From assembly GCA_017654855.1 (NCBI GenBank), contig CM030338.1:1860001-1924000 (forward strand): DNA of 64,000 nucleotides, in the 5' to 3' direction. Under the pieces are notes generated by a model. It saw nothing but the letters and a program-made list of their open reading frames with translations. It did no database searches and was not told the DNA's origin. Below, in pieces: positions 25,497 through 39,417 of the stretch. The DNA is from Podospora anserina. Taxonomy: Eukaryota. Numbering within the stretch: position 1 is the stretch's first letter; each line of letters starts with the position of its first letter. The position numbers were made by a program, and so were the translations under genes.

Positions 25497-26406
25497 GCAA
25501 GCAAAGCAAGATGTCTGCTTCGGCGAGAGTTTGCGGAATGTTTGGAGAGAGTGTTAGACTCATAGATTCCCCTTTTCCTTCTGGCTTTTCTTTTTTGTAA
25601 AGAGAAAGGAAGGGAAGGGAGGGTTTTGCAAAAAGAAAAATGACGGGAGGCAACGGCGTACCCCCCCCCCCTCCCCCCCTTTTTTTTTATCCTGTTTGTT
25701 TACTGTTACATACCTAGGGTACATAACCTTACCTTACCTTACAAAGTCATGGCGTCCCTGCGGAAACTGTTTGGGGTGGCGAGAGGCTTTTAGATATCCT
25801 TTAAAAAAATACCCTGGTTTAGATTGATGATGGTCTTGGTTGGCTTTTGGTGGTTGTGTTGTATGGTTGTGATATACGATTTAAGCTCGAGAACAGATGA
25901 CCACGGAACATTTTTTGGTAACTCACACACACGGTAGATATTCTCGTATTTCGTCTTTTTAACACACGTAGTTGGTATGCCACAAGGTCTTCACTTTTGC
26001 ACATTGCGACGGCTTCACCACAAACCTGATGAAAGCTATGTAGGTTGACGACTGGTTCAACGACTCTGTAGACGAGCCGTAGCCTCCGGTAGGTACCTAC
26101 TGACCTAGCTATATCTTCGTTTGACCTTACCGTCTCCACATTGGCCAGAATTATGGGCTCATGCGAAGCAAATTCTTTTCTTTTCCACATCTTCTGGCCA
26201 CGGATTCACCTCAACCTAGGTTACCTAGTTAGCCACGGAAAGAGAGGCTTGGGGAAGCTGAGATTAGGGTATTTGGTGGCGGAAATCTTACAACGCCCAG
26301 CCAATTTTAAAATTCATCCATCATTGATAAGTTTTTGCTCTGGTAGAAAATTCCCCGAGTATGGTTCAAATATTTGATTCATTCGTAGTGAGATTGATCA
26401 GAAGAA

Positions 26407-27614
26407 ATGGCCGCCATCTCAGAGCATCCCTTTGTCTCGACGGCAGACATTGTGGCCGAATCGAGCTCAATGAGTTCTTTGGGTTCCCCTACTTTGTCCT
26501 CGAAAGACTCCGAGTTGACCCCCGTTTCGGAGTTTATAAGAAGAGAGAGGGCGTTGGCGTTGAAGGTCGATTCTCTCGATGTTTTGAGAAGTTATATCCC
26601 CAGAGGGAAAATGGACGATACCAGGCAGGTTCTAGAGGCCTTCGTTCAGGATTTACCTCTTGAAGGAGGTAGAATTCTTATGCAGGAGATTGTGGACTCA
26701 TCCGCCACTCCCAAAAAACTGCTGCAGTTGAGGAATTTTTTGGTGGATGCCATATTGAAGCCAGGCAAGCCAGTTTCATTGGTGTTCATCAAGCAAATTA
26801 CTAACGTTTATACCCTATTTAAAGTTCGGCATTGCGGCAACCTAGTCATAACAGACGGATTGGATCCTGACTTCGGAAACGAAGTGAACCGCCATATGGC
26901 AGAAATCGAGAGCTCTTTCAGAAATGAGCAGGCAGCTCTTCGAACTTCTTGTTTGAAGAGAGATGGGCACCGCTGTGTGCTAAGCGGGTTCTATGAAGAG
27001 CAATTCTACAAAAAACAACTGTCCGCCCATGAGCAGGTGGGGAAGGAATGGGAACCCCTCGCCGCGTCACATATAATCCCGTTCGCCCTTGGGGAATTTG
27101 ACGAGAGCAATGCCGAAGAGGTGAGTGTAGTGACCCCGTTATCAATATGAGTATTTCAACCAACGGGAACTCACCTATAGACACGCAAAACGGCGATCAT
27201 CTGGTGGGCAATTTGGAGATATTTTGGAACTATCAACCCTCAACACATGCGGCCAGAAACCATCAAAAAGCCAGAGAACGCCATAATGCTCACTCAGTTC
27301 TTCCATGACGCGTTTGACAAGTTTCAGTTTGCGTTTGAACCGAAGCCTGAGGTAAGCTAAGATACCTATGAGAGAGAATACCAGTAATCACGTCTCGGTT
27401 GCTAAGAAGCGGGTGATAGCCTCATTGCTACCACGTACATATCTTCGGCGACGGTTATGGCCGCGGGACGCTGTCGAGAGCCCCTCAAACGGTTACTTTC
27501 AAACAACATGACACCTCAGCGCGTGCTGCTCCGCTCCCAGACCCCAATTTGTTGAGAGTCCATTATGTCCTCTGCAAGATATTCAACGTAAGTCAAGAGC
27601 CTACTTGTGTATAG
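26407..27614 (+). CDS. Fungal HNH-endonuclease-like (HNH_2-type) protein; possibly C-terminally truncated
   Basis: ATG 26407; introns 26765-26824 (GC-AG), 27121-27180 and 27352-27419. Motifs CLKRDGHRCVLSG, AASHIIPFAL, PENAIML...HDAFDKFQFAFEP and PLPDPNLLRVHY. The 3' end is uncertain because of a GTAAGT at about 27587. Confidence 0.7.
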
Positions 27615-30600
27615 CCTCTACAGCAGAGGCCAGTAAACAACAGGAACAGATACTAGTTACCTGAACTACCCTGACGAAACAGACCAAGCCATGCCTGAAA
27701 TGGGGCTTAACAAAGATTGAAGAGGCCTCAGATTGAATGAGAGCTACACTAGACTGATCTGTGTTTATGATTAGATAGAATCAGGAATTGAACTGCATGT
27801 TTCCGCCGCGATAAACAGAAGAATCATTCATGTATTGGTGGTTAAAGAAGAGAAATTCTAGCTGTGCACCCCCCCCTTTTTGCTAACCTGGCATCACCCC
27901 CCCCCACCCTGGGGTTAGGGTGCAGGGAGTTTTCATCTCCTGATAGGGTTTTCTGGAAGTGAGGAGCTTTGCAGATCAGAGGTGTTTTGTTTGTTGTTGA
28001 TACAGATATTGCTAACAAAAACATCAACTAAGTAGTCACTTTTGTCTACCAGGTAGGTTGTTTTACTCACACTCCCCGTACGTACCACAATCTCAATCAG
28101 CAAACAAGCATACCTAAGGTAGTTCACACCAGTCTGCGTTTCACAACCAGCTGAAAGATCATATGAACAGGTTTTTTTTTCGATGTCACTTTTCACATAT
28201 ATATCTCTTTACACAAATAATACAGGTTAGGACCTCTCTTCTTCTAATGTGCTTCGGGAAACACACACCACTGGTAAATGAGGTTACGTTGCATGGCATG
28301 TATACAGTAGGTAAGGTAGGTACTTGACCACACTCACAGTAGTAATCAAAACTTGATCCCACAATCATTGATTGGCCTGTGCTTTTACATGTTTTCATCA
28401 ATGAAAATGTTACTTCCGTAATGTCAAGTAGGGTATGTATATATATATAGGCAGCATATCACCCCGGCTGGCAGGAACCAGATCATGATCAGTTGCAAGA
28501 AGGTTAGGGCTATATATGTATATATCTATGCCGACTGTACCACCTAGGTATATTACTCAAGTCCGTGATCATGATCATCACCGGAAATGTTATCAAAGTA
28601 CATGTATTCATAATATTCTTGGGTTATTTGCTAGATGCTCTCAATCCTTTCGTCATTGGGGGGCTGTTGGCTCTAGGAGAGGGGGAAAAGAAAGGCTTGA
28701 TGAACCACCTTACTCTGCTGGTGGTTCATAAGCGCCGTCTTGTTCTCTGTCAATCTCATGGTTAAGAGAGCATAGTGAGGGAAGAAAGTGAGAAGCAATG
28801 GGATGAAAGCAATGATTAAAGTAGTAGTCGATGAGAAAAGGTGCCTACTAACGAACGAGTCGGTGGCCCCAGGGAGATGTATGTGATTTAACTGCCGTAG
28901 TCTCACCAAAATGAGAACCTATCTAGATAGGCTCACAGTCAACGATTCGGGAAGATCAAGGGAGTGTATCCTGATAGGGAAGGAGGTTTGCCGGAAGTCT
29001 TTTTACACTTGGCGAATCTCTACTTCGGATGATGATGATGGGTAGGAGAATTTCTCGTTTCACTTTCTTGGTCTCACCCTTCTGCTCGAGGTGGGTTTTG
29101 CAGCGTCTGTCATCTGTATGTATATATATATATATATGTTCTTGGGACGATAAAGTCATGACAGCACACTCTCGAGGGTATATGGAGTCCAGGGGGTGTT
29201 TTGATGTCATTGCTCGAGTGTCTAGGGGGTGGCATCTTGATAGTTGCCTGACCAAGTACCTAGTGTGATCAAGAACGACAGAGTTCTTGATTTTGGCTTG
29301 TCCTACAGCCTTTGCCATGTTTCAGGTTCGTTGGGCTCTCAGCTACAAGCCAGGTTTGGGCATTTATTCCCATGGTCTGGTGTAGGTAAGGTATCTCTTG
29401 CCGGTCACTGCCCCGACATATGCTCGTTTCACACCACCATCATTGAGGAATCTTTCACGAGTGAAACGGAGACTGAGCCGTCTGGCCTTGCCCCTTCTGT
29501 TCCGGACTCATGACCTCGACGTCAAGCCACCTGCTGTCATTAGTTGAACATCACTTCCTTTCTTGCCGTGTCAAAGAGTCTGCACGGCAGAAATAGTCAT
29601 ATCACAGGTCATAGCGATAGAGCAAAGCCAGTAGAACTCGCCGAGGCTGTAGAGAAGGTTATCTTTTGGAATAGTCCGGCTTGGTGCTGCAAGCGCACGG
29701 GCTCGCGGACTACTATATGGGACATAGTTCCTCCTCAAACGGAATTCCATGACGGTTGTCGTCTAGTGCCCGTGAAGAAGAGGGACATCAAGGTGGAAAT
29801 TTTCTTCTTCTCCGCGTGGCTGCCCTGCCGGGCCAAGCAAGAAATGAGAAAGGCACTGCATACTTGCCCGAGGGTGGTAGTCGAAATCGAGGTGGTTGAG
29901 CGAGGTGATTAAGCGACCACGATTGTGTTTCGACACTATATCATGTGTAGTGAGGTATATAGCTCAACAGACATCAACAAAACTACTGCCCCTCTGCTAC
30001 AATGCTACCACAGGTAGTAGAAAAGGACCCAACTCGACTATCACTTGGGAAGCGGTGAAGATGCAAGATGTTTAACGACGGTACATCCCCCGCAATGGCG
30101 AGAATAGTGGCGGGGAAGACAGACACAACAACGCTGGATGCCGGTAGTCAGATGCCGTTCCTGGTTTGCCTCTATCGTGGTTCCCCAGTGCCCACCGAAG
30201 GGCATTGGCTGTCAACAAAGAGAACAGACGCATGTCGTGACACACAGACACACACGTTTGAGGTGTAAGTGAGGGTATTCTAAGCCCGTTGCGGTCTAGA
30301 GACCCCTCTTGTGCTCAAGATCGAACAAATCTTGGTGCGGCATTCGCAGAGACGGGAAGGGAATGGCAGACCGTGCTTGCAGCATGCATAACAGAGCATG
30401 CAGAGCACGGTGTTTTTTTGTGGTTTTTTTTTCTTTCCTTCGCTTTCGCAAGCCTGGTTTGCTTTCGCTCCCCTTGGCCGGGACCGGCAGTGTTTATCAA
30501 CAGGCCAAATGCCCGAGCGACATGGCCAGCATGAGAAACAAAAACGTGACGGGAACTCATCCTCTGGGTGGGAGTTCTGGTTGACTACCGCACGGTCGTG

Positions 30601-33600
30601 GTAGATCGTGGGCCTGGTGAGCTAGTAACCTGGTAATTTGAGCAGACAAGACGCCAGCCGGTAGTGAGTGTACATCGTTGATATTGCCACTCCATCAACT
30701 GGTGCTCTTTGTGCCGATGACAGTCTTACTTGCGGGGAGGGAAGCAACGTGGATGGATTCAGAGGGCAACTGGCCGTCGAGGTCTGCAATGCTCTCCTGT
30801 CCTCCGAGCCGAGAGGTCTGCTGGGGTCGTGCTACACCGGCGAATGTAACCATCTTGAATCGCGAGTGAGTTAAGAGGTGGCGCTATTGATGGGGTTGTG
30901 GGCTCGCTCAAGACGCCGTCACCGAGAGATACCGGTAGATGATTGAAGGGTGCTCAAACAGGAAGTCGTGCAACTGGTGTCTGAGGACCCTGTGATGGTA
31001 TGTATCACCTCCAAGAGGCCGTGAAACCTTGGGATCCGGGGAGGGGTTTCTGTACCAGACGCGGGGTTCGCTGGATGGTTGGTGCACACAACTCCGACGC
31101 ACAGACCATGACTGATTTATGTTGCAATGATGCATTGCAACCAAAAGTCCACAGCATTTCTCGCTCCATCAGGTTTGTTCTTCCCAGCAGCCTCCAATCG
31201 TTCACTGCGGTTGGTGGCATTTCATTCAAGATTTTGATGGTACTGCAGACGCGCGCTCCCAGCACAACAGGGGTCCATTAACCGAGCTCGATGTCAGGTA
31301 CGCGCCGTAACGGTCGGCTCCCAAGCGGCTGTCCTGTCCTGTCCACCGTTATCTTTCAACCAAGAGGCCAAACGGAGAATAAACAACTACTATGACTATC
31401 ACTTTATCACGGCTATTTGCTCGTGAGCACCTGGTCGGCGATCTGGGACGATCTGAGATGAGCCGCAAGGGTCCCCGACAATGCCGATCTCAAACCGTTG
31501 AACTCAGGAGCTGGCCGTGTTGGCCCGACCCCATCAATTGTGTGATCGTCGACCTGGGCTCTGTCGGAATTTTGATTCCCTGCTCCGTTTTGGTTCCAAT
31601 CCTCTGGGGGAACAGGGAGACGAGTAATATCTGGAGTTTGAGAACGCAACCAGCTTTGTCATTTGACGAGGGAGACTTCTTGTCAACTACCATCTCACCT
31701 ACACGTTGTAGTACGAGCAAGCCACAAGCAATATCAAGTTTGCCCGGGTCGTCTGACTACACCAAACTCCCTCGCATGTGCAATATGCACTACGCTTACA
31801 TATCGTTCAAGCCACCAACCCTCACTCAAGTGGACGCTGAGATGCTTGCTGCCATGAGTCTCTAGCTGTCATCATACCACTTTCCTACAGCTCAAGCTTA
31901 GCAGTCAAAACAGGCTTGGATGCAAGAAAACGTGGGAAACGGAGGCAGACCTGCCTCTTTGGTCCCATTGCATCACCGATAGACGAAACACACAGCGCCA
32001 CCAACTCCTGCCTCAAGCCCCTTCAGACATCAGGGCGGCCGCCTCTGCTGAGGGAAGGATTCAAGAAACTTATCTCACGCCCCCACAGAAGCCACCGACA
32101 TAAATAATTGCCTCTGGGAAATTTACCCCGCCTGTCTGTGCCCGGAAGAGATGCGCCTCAGCGGCAAAGGGCAACAAGACCTGCCATTTTGACGAAATGG
32201 AATCAGCGGGTAATCTGAAGAATCTTCAACAAAAAGATAACATTGCAGCATAAGTGGGGGGTAAAAAGGGGCAAGAAACGGACAAAAGAAAAAAAGTTGC
32301 TCACGTTGGAAGATGGACACGACGTTGAATACGTAGGTTTCTTTTTCTCTTCCACTAACTTTGGAAATAGTACCGATGCTACCTAGTGGGGTTCTTTTTC
32401 TTTGTGTCAAGTTTTACAAGGTCGGCATTAGGTGGCACAAACCACACCAAGGACGGGATCCGATTCGACTTCCAAAGACGTGGGTGAGACGGGATGATGC
32501 TGCAAGTGATTGACGAAGATTGGATTGGTTGGCTTCTGGCCAGGCCAGTTCAGCTCAAGTCCGGGAAGGATCCACGCACACGGGACGTCCTCGGCCTCCG
32601 CCTGGGAGCCTTGGAAACTCGAGGGCCTCTTCGAATACGATGGAGCGCCGAGGCTTCTATTCCCAACTGCCGGCGCACAACACAGCCAAAGACGTTGCAA
32701 AAAGACGAGATCACGGCCACCCTTCGGTAGGCCTCGGCGAATCCGCCAGAAGCGAGCCGGCACAGGAAACGGCCGGGCAGGCAGCTGGGCCGCATTCCAG
32801 CTGCTCTTCTCTTCTGTTCCACCGATGCTTCTATGCATGTTCGTAACTGATGGGAGCCAGAGGAGGTGATATCCAAGGAAACAAGACTGACCCAAGTTTG
32901 TTGGCGGCGTAATGCTCTCAACCTTCCTACAGAGCAACGATACGATACAAGTCTCCTGCAGAACCCCACCTCCTAGGAAAAATCATGACTTCACTGTACC
33001 ACCACCGTGCGCACCGCTGCGGCGGAGTTGGGCGTCATTTGCTGTTGATCCGGCCTGGAACTGTTGTGCGTTCGTCGGATTTTCGGATTTGTGCTGCTGT
33101 CAGAGTTCAGTGAGCTGGAGTGCTTGGTTGGAAAACGGTCAACAGCACCTCCCATGATTCCCATGGGTTGGGGATTGTTGGATGCATGCCGTCGGGCTGG
33201 GTGTAAGACACCATCATAGTGGGGCCTATCGTGGTTGAAGCACTGCAGTGGCTTGCTGCTGGTGCACACACCCAGCTGCCACGCGGGTTTCCGTCTTCAT
33301 CACTTCCAGCCTGGTGAGCTACACTCATTCACACATTCTAGCTTCTCGGAAATTCCAACTTCGACAGCTCAAAGCGCAACCAAGACCATCTTCTCTTCTA
33401 CAGACAGCCTCTTCTGTGATCTTGCTATCTGTCCCACCTCAGCTACCTGGCAACCCACGCTATCTTTGGTGACGGCATGTCCGTGACGAAAGGGTGGGCG
33501 CTGCCGTCTCCACAGCGGGAGCTCTGCCACGTGCTAGCGATGATCACCCCTCGTTCATCGCCGTTCTTCTGTCGCTGACTTGCATTGACGTGAATCAATA

Positions 33601-35544
33601 GGCGAAAATCATCATCTCGCAAAGTTGAAAAGAGACATTAAAGAACAACTATGCGGAGCTTACCGTTCAGGCGCAAACGTACGAGCTCATGGGCCTGTGA
33701 TGGAGACATTCTTTAGCATGTTTACAAGTCCATCAGCTGTGTTGCTGTCCTAGTATAAGTAAGAAGCCCGGACCCCTTATTCTACAGGTCGAGACTCCAT
33801 CTCATTACACACCATGACATAGCTACCGTGTAGGATGCAAATCAAAGATGCCTTGGCTTGCCCGGGCACAGCAATAGAGATGCAAGGACGGGGACATCCG
33901 GAACGCCCGTCACAGTCAAAGACTCAGAATCCGCCCTGCTTCCATCCTCCTTGTGCCGTGTCTGGGAAGAATGGCTTTGTCTTTTCCCCGGTGGCACAGA
34001 ACCATCAGCATGAACGACGCTATCGTCAGAGTGGACGGGTTAGTACCATCTACGCAGTATGATTCCTTGAATCCTATATCCTGTGCTTCAGTTGTAGTGG
34101 TGGGTGGGTGGTGGAGGGGGGCAAAACGGTCAGATAACCGTTACCCGTCCGTCGTCATAATAATAATGATAATAATAAACGGTGCCCCCTGGGCGCTGGA
34201 AAGGGAGGAGGCTCGAAAACAGTTGCCCAAAGCGACCCCTGCCAATCCCATTTCTGGACCTCTGTCGTCGTGCCATCGGCGCCATCACTTCAGCAGTGAA
34301 CCCCACCGCAGAAGCAACAGGACCAGGGACATGGACAGGGCTGATACCTTTTATCCCCTATCCGTAATTGGCGTTGGGAGCCCGCCCACTGCTTTTCCAA
34401 GTTCCCGTTTCCCAAAAGACTGTCTCTTCCCCCCTCAGCGAAAGGTCAGGAACGGTGGTTCTTTTGCCTGAGCGTTGGGAGGCTGTCTTAATAGCCGCTG
34501 TTAAGACCCCATTTTTATGTTTCTCTGCCTCACCCTTTTTCCCCCCGAGAAAAGAGCGGTCCAAGATTCTGGATTCTTGTTCCTGAATCTCACTCGAGGA
34601 AACGAAACGCCGCAGTGACTGACTTGTTCCTTCTGCTTCCTTTCCGTGGAGACCGGACCACCCCGAGACCTACAGGCTGCTGAACAACACCGGCACTGCC
34701 ATCATCACCTCCAGTCACACACACGACGTCCCAGTCCCAGTCCACACCGCGCACAACCCGGACAGCCCGCGTACTTCCTATCCCGTTGTCCCTCCCGACA
34801 CATCCTACACCTTGGACGACACACACACACACACCCAATTGGCCTCCTCCCACTATCTCGTGCATCCAACCTGCCGTCTCGACCGAACCGTGACGTTGCG
34901 TCGGAACAATTTACAATTCCGCCTCGCGGAGCTGCAGAGGTGCTGAAGAAGAAACCCACAGGCAGGTCGCTGAAGACGCGCCAACGAAAAGGGACCACTC
35001 GAGCCACTCGAGTACCGCCAAGGCGCTCTTATTTCGGTCCACGGGACCTTTTGAGCAGCTTCTCAGCCAGGAACCGGCCACTTTAAGGGCCCTTCTCTAC
35101 CAAGCAGAACAACCTCGACCAAAAACCCGCCGATTTGATACCTACCTACTTTTGGCGCAGCCATGCCCCGCCTGATTCTTTGGGATCTTCTACCGCATTG
35201 TTGATACAACTGTCTGAAACAACAGGGCTCCCCTTGACCAAAGATTGAACGAACGGGACGGGAGTAGCAACTTTAATAGTCTGTTACAACCACAGGCCAA
35301 CAGGCAGCAGATCTCCCGGGAGAGCCAAAACAATTTAGACTTGGGCGCCGTCGACGATTTAGTCCCACAGATCCTCTCACCCGCAGGAGCCACTCGAACC
35401 ATACACTGCAGCCTGCAGCTTGGACGATAGAGAGAAGAGAGCAACACACGAAACGAAAGGACGAAGAAGTTTTGGTTGAAAGAGAAGAGAAGAGAAGAGA
35501 GGAGAAGAGAGCAGGATATCAGCAGTTATATCTGCAACACACAC

Positions 35545-38500
35545 ATGTTCAGCAGATCATCTAGATCGCACGCCAAGAAGACTCAGGGTTTTGCGACGGA
35601 GCATCAGCGAAGGAATCACGACAATTTCGAACGGGCAGGGCTCTCAGACCTAGGCTCCGACTCGGCGACGGTGCGGTCTGGTGGTGGCGGCGCTTGGAGA
35701 ACAGACTTTGGCCCGTCGAACCACAACTACTACACCGGCAGCAGTAGCGCCGCGAGGTCTTACGGGGCGCCGTTGTACCCGGAGAAGAGTAGGTTCCCGT
35801 TCCCTTGTGTTTCCCTGTCTGTCGTCTTTTGGAAAATGCCCCTCGCTGGGTCTCTCGGTGGTGACCCCGTCCTGATTTGACTGCGCCGTATCATCACGGC
35901 CGCACTCTGCCAGCCAGTCAGGCCAGTAGACTCGGCACCGAGGTTGTCTGCGCCGTGTGGCTTGCCACCAAGTAGATAGATCTCCACAGCCGGTGTGAAC
36001 AAGGGCTAATCCCGCCACTCTCCAGGTTTCTCCATCGCATCAGGGACGCTTCACGCGCCATCGCACCGCTCGACGGCCTCGGTCAGCTCCAACAAGTCGC
36101 GCGAGAGCAACTCGAGATCCATCTCGACGACACAGGGCGCCATGAATTCAGACAGGACCCGGTCGCGCAGGGAGCGCACCTTTGTGGGGAGCGAGTGCGC
36201 CGTGTGCGAGGAGCCGTTGGAACACACGCTCCGGGGCGAGAGGATATTGCAGTTCTCGTGCACCCACGTGGCCCACGAGGCGTGCTTCTACGAGTTCATC
36301 CGCGAGTTTGATTCCCAGTACTGCCCGACATGCAATGCGCCACTGCACCTGGACACCAGCCGCGGCGGAAACGTGCTGGATATAGGTAAGGACGTCGAGG
36401 AACGAATGCGATTATGGAAGCAGGTTGGTACTGACCCGACGTTTGTTTGGTGCTTTTAGAAAAAATCAGCAATATGGTGCGCGCAGTGTCAGTAAATGAC
36501 ACCAGATCACAGGGAACTCCGACCCCGACGACGCAGCATTGGGATGATCCGGGAAGGCCGCAGAGCCGGGGGTCGAGCGCGCGACCTGGTGGTGGTGGAT
36601 CGAATGGTCACCGGGATGCTCCTCGAGGAAGCCAGCGGGACAGCCGCGAGAGTCGGGAAGCGCCGCCTTCGGATCACCGCTACAACGGCCCGAGACACGC
36701 GCGGAGTGATAGTGAGGCGACGGGTGTTGCCTCTTCGGGAGGATACCCAGAAACGACGCAGAGCGGACCACCGCGGCGACACGATTATGATGTTCAGGCC
36801 ATGGAGACCTCGCTCGCCAGCCCCCGGACGGTCACTCGGAATCCCATCCCCGCGCCCACGGTTACGGTGCGGTCAGAGTTTCCCACCATCACGAGGTCAC
36901 GACAGCAGCAGACGCTCACCTGTCTAGTAACGGTGGAGGTGCCGGATATCAAGTGGCGGCCCGACCCAGAAGACCTGCAGGCCGCCCCTCCGCCGTTGGC
37001 GCCACCGAGAGCCGAGGAGCAGTTCCACAGGGCGCCTTCACCAGCGCAAAGTGCGCCGCGGTTCTATCCGTACGAGTCGGCAGAGGTGCTGGCCGAGATG
37101 ACGGAGAGCCTGCGCAACCGGGTAGACAACTGGCATGGTTTGGACTTCAGCCGGTAAGTGGTGTGAAGGGCATACACAGTCTCGAGGAAAAGTTGGCTAA
37201 CGGCAGACGGGTAGATTTGGAAAGCTTCGATTGTACGGCACACTCCGTGTGGGCAAGGACAAAGTGTCATGGCAGGAGCTCGAGTGTTTCCTGTTTGCAG
37301 AGATGCTCATCTGCGTCAAGGAGAAGAAATCTGCGCAACAACCATCACAGTGGGAGGACCAGGATGCGCCACGGAAAAGCACACGCTGCACGCTCAAGGG
37401 ATCGATTCTCATCAAGAAGCATCTCAACGAGGTGTCGTACAGTGGCAGCATGGACGAGAACATTCTCACCCTCAGCTTATCAGTAGCCGAGCTGCCCCAA
37501 TTCCATCTTCGGTTTGAGAACCGAAACCAGCTCAAGCTGTGGCAGCAGGCCCTGTTGGACCTCAACGCTGTTGAGACGTCGCCCGTACGCAGTCCTGAAT
37601 ATGACCGTGGCGAGTTTTCAGAAACAGATGAGGATGACTGGCAAAGAACACCTGGCTCTGGCCGACCACAACGAGTGTCGTCCCTGGCTTCCTCATGGGG
37701 CGGCGCCAAGTCGGCCACAACTGCGCCTACCGAGTACACCAACTTTGCGAGGAGCCCTCTTCTGCCCTCGATTCATGTGCCTGTGGATGTTGTGGTGGTG
37801 GTGCCCATTTCGGCTTCGATGCAGGGTGTCAAGATCAACCTGGTTCGCGATGCTCTTCGGTTTATGGTACACACGCTCGGCGACCGTGACCGCATGGGCT
37901 TGGTGACCTTTGGATCATCTGGCGGCGGCGTACCTATCGTTGGCATGACGACCAAGGCGTGGCCTGGCTGGGGTAATGTTCTGAACTCGATCAAGCCCGT
38001 TGGACAAAAGAGCCACCGTGCTGATGTTGTCGAGGGCGCCAATGTGGCCATGGATCTGCTCATGGGCCGCAAGTACAACAACCCCATCGCGACCATCATG
38101 CTGATCAGCGATGCCTCCACCTCGGACGCCGACAGCGTCGACTTTGTGGTATCGCGCGCCGAAGCAGCCAAGATCACCATCCACTCGTTTGGTCTCGGTA
38201 TGACCCACAAGCCGGACACCATGATCGAGCTGTCCACCCGGACAAAAGCCTCGTACACCTATGTAAAAGACTGGATGATGCTCAGAGAGTGTCTCGCCGG
38301 CTGCCTCGGCGCCATGCAAACTCTTTCTCATCAAAACGTCAAGCTCAAGCTCAAGCTTCCCGAAGGCTCCCCGGCCAAGTTCCACAAGATCAGCGGCGCC
38401 CTCCAAATCACCAAGCGCGCCACGGGCCGCGATGCTGAGGCGTCTATCGGAGACCTCCGCTTCGGCGACAAACGCGATATCCTCGTCCAGCTAGTGATCA

Positions 38501-39417
38501 TCCCAGACAACGCCTCCCAAGAGCAGCTTCCGCAAGACCCATGGGATAACATCGTCTCCGGTCTGGAAGCCCTCGGCGGCCCGATGGATCAGGACGAGCA
38601 ACGAACCGTCTCGGTAGAGGAAGTCCCCCTCATCCAAGCCGAGCTCATCTGGGGTGACATCCTCCGTGACGGCACATCCCAACACACTCGCCCTTCGCTC
38701 CTGGCAATTACCATGCTGCCCGCCTCGAACTCGAAGAAGTCGTGGAATAACTCCCAGCCCATCCCTCCCCACCCACACATCGTCCAGCGGAGGATGGAGC
38801 TCTTGACGTCAGACATGTTAACACGGGCACTAACCCTCGTCTCCCGCGGCCAGCACGACCGTGCCCACACTTTGCTCAACGAAACCCGCTCCATCCTCAA
38901 AGGCCTCGGGAAAGGCGGGTTGCCACCCGTCCCACCGCTCCCCCCATCGGGAGGCAACAAATCTCAACCCTCCACCCCCCACCCGGACAACGCCAACCCC
39001 TCCCCTACGGCCGGCACCCCAGACAGGAAGAACACACCCTCTCCCACGTCGGGGAACCACTCCTCTGCCGGCAGCTTCCCACCGGTGCCAGGGCAGATCT
39101 CCCGTTCCAGATCGACAGACGGACTGGGGGTGATGGGAACAGCAGCGGGGATAGACACGAACACGGTTGCGGCGCTGGATGCCGAGCTGGAGAGCAGTCT
39201 CGAGTGGATCAACCACCCGGCCGTGTTTGGGCGGGACAGCAGGAAGGCGGTGCTGCAGGCGATCGGGGTGATCAGCAGCCAGAGGGCGTTTACGTTCCGG
39301 ACGCCGATTGAGAGCCTGTGGGCGGGGAGGGTGTCGGGTGTGAAGAAGCTGACGGAAAAGTCAAGGGAGTGGAGGGAGGAGGGGGGAGGGGAGGGGGGGA
39401 TCATGGAGGAGGCTTAG
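35545..39417 (+). CDS. RING-H2 / PH / von Willebrand A protein (Far1/Ste5-type architecture)
   Basis: ATG 35545; introns 35789-36025, 36386-36459 and 37154-37214 are all phase-compatible. RING-H2 CAVC..CTHVAHEAC..CPTC; PH-like region (WQELECFLFAEMLICVKE..LKLWQQAL); vWA (DVVVVVPISASMQGVKINLVRDAL..DRMGLVTF..IMLISD..IHSFGLG). Confidence 0.88.

Noticed and set aside
29280-29915. Stop-interrupted minus-strand frame as a possible pseudogene or edited-stop gene
   Set aside because: No recognisable homology or consistent splice structure.
35215-35221. Single TGAAACA (Ste12-type element) before the Far1-like gene
   Set aside because: One 7-mer in several kb is expected by chance.
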